DNA of 64,000 nucleotides. Origin: a virus (taxonomy: Duplodnaviria > Caudoviricetes). Positions 7,981-16,284 of this stretch are shown piece after piece. The DNA is taken from IMG/VR virus record IMGVR_UViG_2700988920_000001, positions 13,838 to 77,837 of that record; one strand, written 5' to 3'. The notes under the pieces were generated by a model. The model was not told the DNA's origin and did not search any database. It worked only from the letters and a program-made list of their open reading frames with translations. Every line of letters begins with the position of its first letter. Position 1 is the stretch's first letter. A program made the position numbers and the translations under genes.

Positions 7981-9333
7981 ATGACTTTCAAACTTAATCA
8001 AGGCCAACTTCACGCTGAACAACGTTTACGCGAGTTTATGGCTGACCCAAACCGTCAAGTTATCATTGTTGTTGGCCCTGGCGGTTCTGGTAAAACTCAC
8101 AGTACCGCTGATTTCGTAGGCAAGAACTTTGACCAACTTAAGCCTGTGTGTCTGACTGCACCGACAAACAAAGCCACTGGGGTACTTGGTAACTTTGCTA
8201 AGGATGTTGGTCGCTTCATCCCTACTATGACCATCTACAAGTTGTTAGGTATCGTGGTAGGTGCTGACGGTGAAGAGAAAACCACCTTCTCTGCGCACGA
8301 CGGTATGCTTGATCGATTCAAGACCGTCATTCTTGATGAAGGCTCTATGGCCGGGTACGTTCTGTGTAACAAGATCCGCGACAAACTGGAAGAGAACCCA
8401 TACGTCAAGATCATTGTGATGATGGACAAGTGCCAGCTTCCGCCAGTTAACGAAACCATGACTCAGTTACTTGAGTTTGGTGAAGTGATTGAGCTGACAG
8501 AAGACATGCGCTCAGGCAACGGCCCACTGCTTCAAGTTAAGCGTGCAGTGCGTGACATCACCCTTGCTCGCCTTAAAGGCAAGCTGACTAAAGAGATTTC
8601 TCACAAGTTCGAGACTCACGTAGAAGGCGAAGACCAGTCAGGTGTTCACCTGTTAACAGGTAAAGATTTCGATGACGCTATGCTAGATCAGTTCGACACT
8701 GAAGAGTATCGCAACGACCCTAATACGGTTCGAGCGCTGGCATGGACTAACAAAGAAGTTGATCGCATGAACCGCATCATCCGAAGTCGTATCTATGGCA
8801 AAGGGTGTGAAGCGTATGTGGTTGGTGAACGCATCTGTGTTCTTACGCCTGTGCGCGGTGAGAACGATGAGCCTATCTTAGATACTGACGAAGAAGTTAC
8901 CGTCAAGTCTCTTGAAGTGGTTGATTACGTTGACTACACAGACCAAGACGCCACTGACGACGTACGACGCACATATAAAGCTTTTCGTGCAGAGTTAGAA
9001 CGCGCTAATGGTCAAGTCGTTAAGGTGCATCTGCTTCACCCTGACAGCAAACGCAAGTTCGAGCGTCGTCTTAGCTTCATTGCTGACCAATGTCACGCTA
9101 AGAAACGTCCTTGGAAGCAGTTCTGGGCATTCAAAGAAGAGTTGTTCGTCAACGCACGACCAGCGCACGCTCTGACTATACACAAGAGCCAGGGCCAGAC
9201 GTTTAAGTGTGTATTCTTGAACCTCCGTGATGCCATGAACAACAAGAATAACGTTGAACGTTCTCAGCTTGTCTATGTTGGTGTGTCTCGCCCGACCACT
9301 GACCTCGTAGTTAACCTCAAAACTTTCTACTGA
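7981..9333 (+). CDS. SF1B DNA helicase (Dda/RecD2-like)
   Basis: GPGGSGKT, APTNKA, DEGSM, QLPPV, TIHKSQGQT, YVGVSR. Confidence 0.92.
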   Translation: MTFKLNQGQLHAEQRLREFMADPNRQVIIVVGPGGSGKTHSTADFVGKNFDQLKPVCLTAPTNKATGVLGNFAKDVGRFIPTMTIYKLLGIVVGADGEEKTTFSAHDGMLDRFKTVILDEGSMAGYVLCNKIRDKLEENPYVKIIVMMDKCQLPPVNETMTQLLEFGEVIELTEDMRSGNGPLLQVKRAVRDITLARLKGKLTKEISHKFETHVEGEDQSGVHLLTGKDFDDAMLDQFDTEEYRNDPNTVRALAWTNKEVDRMNRIIRSRIYGKGCEAYVVGERICVLTPVRGENDEPILDTDEEVTVKSLEVVDYVDYTDQDATDDVRRTYKAFRAELERANGQVVKVHLLHPDSKRKFERRLSFIADQCHAKKRPWKQFWAFKEELFVNARPAHALTIHKSQGQTFKCVFLNLRDAMNNKNNVERSQLVYVGVSRPTTDLVVNLKTFY

Positions 9334-9346
9334 TAGGTTTGTTTAA

Positions 9347-9375
9347 TTGACGGCTACTTCGTTTAGGAGTAGCCT
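9347..9375 (+). promoter_or_regulatory. sigma70-type promoter with internal inverted repeat
   Basis: TTGACG-N17-TAGCCT; GGCTACT/AGTAGCC. Confidence 0.55.
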
Positions 9376-9411
9376 TATCATTCAATCATCTAATCAATAG
9401 AGGTTAATACC

Positions 9412-9699
9412 ATGAAACTACTTAAAAAAGGCTCGCCAGAGTGGAATATGCGCGTTAAACAATCTACGTCGTACAACGAGCGAATCGACTACGAAAAAAT
9501 CAAAGAAACGCTCGAAAATGCAGAAGCTGAAGACTGCATCCAAATCAATTGTCAGCACCGTCACCGCTCTAACCTAGTAGCAGGGTTGACCCGTAAAGGA
9601 CTTATTCAAAAACAAGACTACAAACTTAGCCTATCTAAAGATGAAGAAGATGAAGAGATCATCCTTATCGAAAAACTAGAGGTTAAGTCTGCCAAGTAG
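9412..9699 (+). CDS. Hypothetical protein
   Basis: GAGG RBS, 95-aa ORF. Confidence 0.75.
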   Translation: MKLLKKGSPEWNMRVKQSTSYNERIDYEKIKETLENAEAEDCIQINCQHRHRSNLVAGLTRKGLIQKQDYKLSLSKDEEDEEIILIEKLEVKSAK

Positions 9700-9722
9700 T
9701 CCACAGTTCAAGGAGTACAGGC

Positions 9723-12686
9723 GTGTACTTATTTTACCAACAATCAACTGAGAAAGACGACGAAGGCCGTGGAGAGAGCTGGAAAAGCCTTAAAGACTCT
9801 CCTGATGCACGCGAAGCTTTAGCTGGTAGAGAAGTCCAAATGGTCTCAATGTTGGCTATCTCTAGCACCAATGCGGACTTGGACTACGAAAGCCTCAAAT
9901 ATCGAGGCGACTTGTATTTCGATATTGACAACGAAAACTTAGAAATCTCAATCGCTTCCACCATAGAGCTGGTAAAAAAGCTGGAAGAGAAGGGAGTTTA
10001 CGACTACGTAATCTACCTATCAGGCAAGAAAGGGTTTCACGTCACGGTCCCTGCTAAGGTATTCAACAGCAGCAATGCGAGCGGCGTTAAGTGGCTCCCC
10101 TATATCTATGGTAAAATGGCGTTTACCCATTTCGCTGTAGAAGGTTTAGACCCGTCAGTATACTCAGGCGGCAAAGGCAGACTTTGGCGTCAACCTAACG
10201 TCAAGCGACAGGATAACGGCCAATATAAAGTGCCTATTCGTCGCTCAGACTTAGACGGCATGACAGTCGAGTCATACAAAGAACTTGCTTCAAAACCAAA
10301 TCACGATCTACTTAGCCACCTGGAAAAGCAGGAAGTAAAACTCAACTTAGATATGGCAACGATTTTTGAAGAAGCTGCCATTGTCGTTAAGAAAGAGATG
10401 GAAGAAAAAGAATCGTACCGTTACGAGTCTATTCCTGAACTGGAGATGTTGAGTGAAGTCCCTGGCTGTATCCAGAAACTGGTGGACGGTGAAGACGTTA
10501 AAGAAGGCGCTAACTTCAACAAAGCGGCGATGAACCTGGCTGGTTACTTAAAGTCAACCAACAAGATCGGAACTGACTTAGCAGAAGACCTAAGTGCTCG
10601 TCTGGCGTCTCACAACCATTACGGAAGTGCTTCGTACACAAACGAGCGTGCAAGACGACAACACCTTAAAGGTGCAATTCGTCGAGCTAAGCACGATAAA
10701 GCGATGGGATGTAACCCGGCTTACATCCTTTCCTCTGTTGAACGTTGTGGGGGGTGTGTCATCTGTGACGGCACACTGGACAAACGCAAAGACAAAGGCA
10801 AGAAAAAGGGTAAAGAAGAATGGAACAACGGAGAAGCTGAAGATGGCCTCCGCCATAACATCTTCGAGCAAGGGTGTGCGTATTTAAAGCAGTACGGTCC
10901 GCGCTCAATCAAAACGTTGACGACATTCTTAATTGAACCAGAATCGGCAGATATCTACTACAACCAAGAGATGCGAGGCTTTCGCCGTGAGTCTTTAAAG
11001 TGTGTGATCAGATACCAAGCCGGTGACGGCGAAGAAAAGACCGCTAGAGTGATCATAGAAGAGGATGCTTGGGATAGTCCCTCACTGTTCAAGAAGCAGT
11101 TTTCAGGCATCGACAACCTTGCAATCACTTGTAGCGAAGATGACCTTGCAGATTTGAGGCACCACATTATGTCAAAGCACAATGATATCGACACGTCTAT
11201 CCGTACCCAGACAATCGGTCTAGACGTAAAAGAGATACCATGTGGCGACAAAATGTCTAAGGTGCTTGTGTATACAGAGCCTGGCTACACGGCGTCTGGT
11301 AACGTGGTACGCGTTCCGGTTCATTACGAATCAGACGCACGTAGTCAGATAGTAGGCCAACCTGAAATACATAAAGCACCAGACTTGAACCCAAACGACA
11401 AAGACGACGTACGTGTCTGTAAAGACATCTTCAAAGTTAATGAAGCTTGGGTTTGCGCTACGATGGTAGGCTGGATGTCGGCTACAGCGTTAAAGCCGCA
11501 TATCACCAGCATCAATAACGAGTTCCCTTTGTTGGCTGTTACTGGTCGACCTGGTACTGGTAAGACGACTATCGCGTCACTTATGGCTGACTTGGCCGGG
11601 TGTACGTACGGACAGACTGGCGAACCAGCTTCTGCTAACTCAAGTCCCGCATTTATTGAACGTTACATTGCAACGTCTACATCAACACCACGCCTGCTAG
11701 ACGAGTGTAATATGCCAGCGTTCCGGTCTAACCCTAAATTGTTGGAAACGATGAAGATGGTATGGAACGGTCTAGAGATCGGTAAAGGCAGTGTGGCTGG
11801 CTCTTCTGCTAAAGCTGCAATTGCTACTCGCTCGATTCGAATGTCTGGCCCACTAGCATACATCTCTGAGCAACCGCAGCAGGATGACGCACTTCGCCAA
11901 CGTTCTATCGAAGTCATTATGACGATGACTTCTCACGGTACGACGCAGACAGGCGAGCATATCCCTCGCGATGAGCTTCCTAAAGATGTGCTGGAGATCG
12001 TAGATAGTTTTGAGTGGGTAACTGAACACGAACAACGCGCAAGACTTCGCGGCATTGCCAAGCTTATGATCCACCAAGCGCTTAAGACTAAGAAAAGTTG
12101 GGTGCGCGACAAGCTGAAGTATTATGCTGAAGTTATTCGCGCGGCGCGCTGTCACGGACGACAAAAGTACGGTTGGCGCATTATTCTTATGGGTCTGGAC
12201 CTGTACGAGATTTCGCTAGCTGGACGCGGCATCGACGTTTCTACTGAAGTCGCTCATGCGCGTCATGTGATCATCAACCGATTGCTAGACGACAAAGTCA
12301 CTGACACTGGTAACGTGAACGTTAACACTGACGTTATCAAGTTCGTAGGTGCTATGGCTGAGCGTAGTGCAGTCGCTGAGATTCGCGAGAACGACAGTAA
12401 GATACTCATTGTCCGTGACGCGGAATACACTAAGACAGACTGCCACCTCATCTTGTCGATAGACGCGGTCTGGTATGCGATAGCTCAACAGGCTAGAACA
12501 TCTGGCGTTAACCTTAAGTTTGGTCGATGTGACCAGTTCGTATCAGCGATCAAGACGGAAGAGTATTTCGTCAACTACGCTGGCGGCCTACTGACACTAG
12601 ACCTTCACAAACTTAAAGAAGCTGGCGTTAATACGAACTTCTTCTACACAGACGAAGAGTTTGAAGATAAAGCTAGCGGCTGTTAG
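9723..12686 (+). CDS. AEP-type primase fused to Cys-rich domain and P-loop helicase
   Basis: GDLYFDID and SGKKGFHV (AEP motifs I/II); PGC...CNP...CGGCVIC; Walker A GRPGTGKTT, Walker B LLDE; GTG start after AAGGAG. Confidence 0.88.
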   Translation: MYLFYQQSTEKDDEGRGESWKSLKDSPDAREALAGREVQMVSMLAISSTNADLDYESLKYRGDLYFDIDNENLEISIASTIELVKKLEEKGVYDYVIYLSGKKGFHVTVPAKVFNSSNASGVKWLPYIYGKMAFTHFAVEGLDPSVYSGGKGRLWRQPNVKRQDNGQYKVPIRRSDLDGMTVESYKELASKPNHDLLSHLEKQEVKLNLDMATIFEEAAIVVKKEMEEKESYRYESIPELEMLSEVPGCIQKLVDGEDVKEGANFNKAAMNLAGYLKSTNKIGTDLAEDLSARLASHNHYGSASYTNERARRQHLKGAIRRAKHDKAMGCNPAYILSSVERCGGCVICDGTLDKRKDKGKKKGKEEWNNGEAEDGLRHNIFEQGCAYLKQYGPRSIKTLTTFLIEPESADIYYNQEMRGFRRESLKCVIRYQAGDGEEKTARVIIEEDAWDSPSLFKKQFSGIDNLAITCSEDDLADLRHHIMSKHNDIDTSIRTQTIGLDVKEIPCGDKMSKVLVYTEPGYTASGNVVRVPVHYESDARSQIVGQPEIHKAPDLNPNDKDDVRVCKDIFKVNEAWVCATMVGWMSATALKPHITSINNEFPLLAVTGRPGTGKTTIASLMADLAGCTYGQTGEPASANSSPAFIERYIATSTSTPRLLDECNMPAFRSNPKLLETMKMVWNGLEIGKGSVAGSSAKAAIATRSIRMSGPLAYISEQPQQDDALRQRSIEVIMTMTSHGTTQTGEHIPRDELPKDVLEIVDSFEWVTEHEQRARLRGIAKLMIHQALKTKKSWVRDKLKYYAEVIRAARCHGRQKYGWRIILMGLDLYEISLAGRGIDVSTEVAHARHVIINRLLDDKVTDTGNVNVNTDVIKFVGAMAERSAVAEIRENDSKILIVRDAEYTKTDCHLILSIDAVWYAIAQQARTSGVNLKFGRCDQFVSAIKTEEYFVNYAGGLLTLDLHKLKEAGVNTNFFYTDEEFEDKASGC

Positions 12687-12687
12687 T

Positions 12688-12702
12688 TTGGTCTGAGACC
12701 AA
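12688..12702. repeat. 15-bp palindrome copy 3
   Basis: TTGGTCTGAGACCAA immediately after the primase stop codon. Confidence 0.95.
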
Positions 12703-12748
12703 AAGTATTTAGCCCCGTATTAGGGGCTTTAACCTGTAAGGATTAAAA

Positions 12749-13480
12749 ATGATAAAGCTAATGAATGAAGACTGTTTGTCTGCTATGAGAAAGTTAGAAG
12801 ACTCTAGCGTTGACTTAGTATTGACTTCACCTCCATACAACATGAACCTTAGAATACGTAACGGGAAATATTGTTCTAGACAGATAGTCAAAGAAATCAG
12901 CACCAAGTACAAAGCGTTCGATGACAACCTTCCTATGGATAAATACTTTGAATTTAACAAGTCAGTCATCAATGAGTGCCTGAGAGTTTCTGACTTAGTG
13001 TTCTACAACGTTCAAATACTTACAGGGAATAAGCCTGCTTTGTTCCGTCTTATGGGAGAGTTTCACGATAAGCTGAAAGAAGTGATTGTTTGGGATAAGA
13101 TTAACGCTCAGCCAGCCATAGGCGCTAACGTTATGAATTCTCAGTTCGAGCTTATTCTTGTGTTGCAGGACTCTTATCCTGAAAGCCGAGCGTTTAAAAC
13201 AGCACAATTCGACAGAGGCACTTTGTCTAATCACTGGCAGATAAAACGTGGCAAAAAAGTGCATAAAGAACACGGAGCTGTGTTCCCAGAAGAATTGGCT
13301 GACAGAGTGATATCTAACTTCTCAAAAGTCGGTGATGTGATCTTAGACCCATTCATGGGAACAGGAACTACTGGCGCTTCTGCGGTAAAACTTGACAGAA
13401 GTTTTATAGGCATAGAGCTAGACAAAGACTATTACGAGTTTTCTGAGCAAAGGATTCTTGGTCTGAGACCAAAGGAGTAA
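12749..13480 (+). CDS. DNA methyltransferase, beta class (N4-C/N6-A)
   Basis: [10 protein letters not shown]-terminal, [21 protein letters not shown]. Confidence 0.93.
   Translation: MIKLMNEDCLSAMRKLEDSSVDLVLTSPPYNMNLRIRNGKYCSRQIVKEISTKYKAFDDNLPMDKYFEFNKSVINECLRVSDLVFYNVQILTGNKPALFRLMGEFHDKLKEVIVWDKINAQPAIGANVMNSQFELILVLQDSYPESRAFKTAQFDRGTLSNHWQIKRGKKVHKEHGAVFPEELADRVISNFSKVGDVILDPFMGTGTTGASAVKLDRSFIGIELDKDYYEFSEQRILGLRPKE
13458..13472. repeat. 15-bp palindrome copy 4
   Basis: TTGGTCTGAGACCAA encodes the last residues of the MTase and abuts the next RBS. Confidence 0.95.
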
Positions 13481-13484
13481 ACTT

Positions 13485-15065
13485 ATGTACACATTGGCTC
13501 ACTACTTCCGTGACGCCCAGTTGTTTGAGTTTCCTGATTGGTTCTACGGCATTCAAATGAAACGATATGACGAGGCTTCGGCCTCGTTAGTTCCGTTGGA
13601 GCCGTGGCCTCACCAGAAGAAAGACTTAAACTTCTTATTGAGAAAAGAACGTGCAGGCCTGTTCAATGACGCAGGTGTAGGTAAAACCATTCCTATGCAG
13701 GCGTTTGGCATCTACATGTCAGCCATTGGCAATAAGACTGTATTCGCTATGCCTCCTAAGCTTCTAGGGCAGTTCGCTGAGTCCATGGTGGACACTTACC
13801 GTGGCGTCGACCAACACCTAGACATCTTCTTGCTTAACGAGAAGCAGAAAGAAGCTGAAGCTATTGTTCAGGGCTGGATAGACAATCCTAAGTCTCGTCC
13901 TGACATCGTGATCATGTCTTACGAGATGTTCGCGTTTCTTCAGCCGATCAAAGCGTCCCCAGCCAAAGTCATCAAAAACTCAAAGACTGGCGCTGAGTAC
14001 ACTCGTCCTGCAGTCAAACCAAAGCGTCACCACCCACTTAAACAGGCAGGATTCAACTGTCTGGTATTCGATGAAGCGCACAAGCTGAAAGAGCCTTCTT
14101 CGGCTACACACAAGCGAGTGTGGCGTTGGATAGGTAGTTCAGAGGGTGAGACTCAATTGGTATTGGCAACGGGTACGCCTGTTTACAACCAGCTCATCGA
14201 CGCTTACGGCATTATTCGACTTCTTACCCCTTACATTTATGGGTCTAAGAAAGCGTTTGAACGTAAGCACGCAATCATCGACCACCAAAGCGATTACCGT
14301 CAGATTATCGGCTGGCAGAACGAAGAAGAGTTGCACCACAACCTTTACATTCACGGCCGCCGTGTTACTAAAGAAGAAGTGTTGAAAGATCTTCCTCCTA
14401 TGATCCCGTATCAGCATGACATCCGTCTTGGTACGGCTCACAAAGAGTTGTACAAACGATTGATGACAGAGCGAGTACTGGAGCTGGAAGAAGAGTTTAT
14501 CGACGCTACCAACGCTTCGAAGTTGCGTCAGGTAGCGCTTCAGCTTATCTCTAACCCTAACAAGTTCTCTGACACACCTATCAAGAACGTTATGGATGAC
14601 TGGTTAGAGAACATGTTCGAAGAGATCGGCATCTATCAGCACAAAGTGATTGTATTCGCCTACTTCAAAGACACCGTTGCCTACTTGGTTAACAAGTACA
14701 AACACTTGAATCCTGCGGTCATTAACGGCGCAGGCGGAGACAGTGAAGAAGCGCGTATCAAGTTCTTGCGCGATCCTAGTTGCCGAGTGCTGTTCTTAAA
14801 CTGGCGTTCTGGTGGTGCAGGTCTAAACCTGCAAATCAGTCCGTACGAATTGTTCTACGAAGTGCCTACCGTGCCTGGCGATTTACAGCAAGCTATCGCA
14901 CGAAGTCACCGAGGCGGTCAGACTCAAGGGGTGCACGTTCACATCCCTCGCGTCTTCAGTACCGTAGCGAATAAGTCACTTAACCAACTTTTATCTAAGC
15001 AGCTTAAAAACAATGAGGTTGTGAAAGATAAACACAAATTACTTGCAGAATTACTTGGAAAATAA
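13485..15065 (+). CDS. SNF2-family (SF2) helicase
   Basis: DAGVGKT, FDEAHKLK, ATGTP, GGAGLNLQ, QAIARSHRGGQ. Confidence 0.92.
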   Translation: MYTLAHYFRDAQLFEFPDWFYGIQMKRYDEASASLVPLEPWPHQKKDLNFLLRKERAGLFNDAGVGKTIPMQAFGIYMSAIGNKTVFAMPPKLLGQFAESMVDTYRGVDQHLDIFLLNEKQKEAEAIVQGWIDNPKSRPDIVIMSYEMFAFLQPIKASPAKVIKNSKTGAEYTRPAVKPKRHHPLKQAGFNCLVFDEAHKLKEPSSATHKRVWRWIGSSEGETQLVLATGTPVYNQLIDAYGIIRLLTPYIYGSKKAFERKHAIIDHQSDYRQIIGWQNEEELHHNLYIHGRRVTKEEVLKDLPPMIPYQHDIRLGTAHKELYKRLMTERVLELEEEFIDATNASKLRQVALQLISNPNKFSDTPIKNVMDDWLENMFEEIGIYQHKVIVFAYFKDTVAYLVNKYKHLNPAVINGAGGDSEEARIKFLRDPSCRVLFLNWRSGGAGLNLQISPYELFYEVPTVPGDLQQAIARSHRGGQTQGVHVHIPRVFSTVANKSLNQLLSKQLKNNEVVKDKHKLLAELLGK

Positions 15066-15074
15066 CGTCACGGT

Positions 15075-15103
15075 TTGACTTCCTTGTGTGCTGAGAGTAA
15101 TAT
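15075..15103 (+). promoter_or_regulatory. sigma70-type promoter
   Basis: TTGACT-N17-TAATAT. Confidence 0.75.
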
Positions 15104-15213
15104 GTACCCATACCGCGATGATTGAATGATTTGATGATTCGCGATATCAACTGAAACTGAAATTGTAACTGTTAATTGTTATCTGATACCTAACCTGAAA
15201 AGAGGAAATTATC

Positions 15214-16203
15214 ATGGGTCTAGTAAAATCATCTGCTCCTGAAGAAATGGAAACTGTCGAAACTAACGAAGTATCTGAAACTGAAACGGCTGAAGTTTCT
15301 GCCGAGCAAGTTAACGAAGTTATTGCTCAAGCGCAGGAAGAAGAAGTGTCAACTGAAACTGAAGTAGCAACTGAGCCTGAAACAGAAGAACCTGTTGAAG
15401 AAGTATCAACTGAGCCTGAAACTGAAACGGCTGAAGAGCCTGTGCAAGAAGAAGTTGAAGAAGTGTCTGAACCTGAAATTGTAGAAGAGAAGAAAATGGA
15501 ATCTAAACCTAAACCTAAAGCCGAAGAAAAGAAAGAAGTGAAATCGACTGAAGTTGCTGTAAGCGAAACTAAGTCTACTGCAGTAGCAAAAGCTGACAAC
15601 AAGCAGGTTGCGGCTAGCCAAGTTATCCAGCAAGCTGAAGACGATGGCTTCGGTGGTCTTGAACTAGGCTTCGGCTCATTCGCGATTATCAAACTAGATA
15701 ACAGCGGTCAGTTCATGGACTCGGACGATAACGAACTTGGTACGCTAATTCGCGCATCTGTTCAACAGTCGACAGCGTCTTACCTTTACGTACAAGAAGG
15801 CAACGACGACAGCCCAGCAGTTTATTCATACGACGGTGTGAACCTAACAGCAGAAACTGAAGACGGTGACAAAACTGTCGAGCAAGTTAAAATGCGTTGG
15901 GTAGACGAAGGCTACGATATGGAATGTCGTAAGTACCTAGAAGTTGTTGCGACAATCGCAGAAGATCATGACGACATCATCGACGGTGAAGTTCCTGAAG
16001 GACTGCTAGACTACGAAGGCGAGACAGTGATGCTTCGTCTACCGCCAGCGTCTATTAAGACATTCTCTGGCAAAGTAGCAACGCTTAAGATGCAGAACAA
16101 GCCGCTACGTGGTGCGGTAATGGACTTCAAAGTAGGCAAACAACGTAAGACAAACAACGGCAAAGCGAAATACTTCCCATGGAAGATCAGCCTAGTTAAG
16201 TAA
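15214..16203 (+). CDS. Probable ssDNA-binding/annealing protein with long acidic N-terminal arm
   Basis: Position between helicase and polymerase; E/T/P-rich N-terminus; globular C-terminus ending GKAKYFPW. Confidence 0.55.
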   Translation: MGLVKSSAPEEMETVETNEVSETETAEVSAEQVNEVIAQAQEEEVSTETEVATEPETEEPVEEVSTEPETETAEEPVQEEVEEVSEPEIVEEKKMESKPKPKAEEKKEVKSTEVAVSETKSTAVAKADNKQVAASQVIQQAEDDGFGGLELGFGSFAIIKLDNSGQFMDSDDNELGTLIRASVQQSTASYLYVQEGNDDSPAVYSYDGVNLTAETEDGDKTVEQVKMRWVDEGYDMECRKYLEVVATIAEDHDDIIDGEVPEGLLDYEGETVMLRLPPASIKTFSGKVATLKMQNKPLRGAVMDFKVGKQRKTNNGKAKYFPWKISLVK

Positions 16204-16216
16204 TTTGTTCTACATT

Positions 16217-16231
16217 TTGGTCTCAGACCAA
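16217..16231. repeat. 15-bp palindrome copy 5 (opposite orientation, TCA centre)
   Basis: TTGGTCTCAGACCAA between stop codon and terminator. Confidence 0.95.
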
Positions 16232-16232
16232 G

Positions 16233-16259
16233 AGGCGGCCAATGTGCCGCCTTTTCTTT
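16233..16259 (+). terminator. Intrinsic terminator
   Basis: AGGCGGC-caatgt-GCCGCCT followed by a T-run. Confidence 0.8.
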
Positions 16260-16284
16260 ACAAACTCCTGAAAGGAACTAATAA

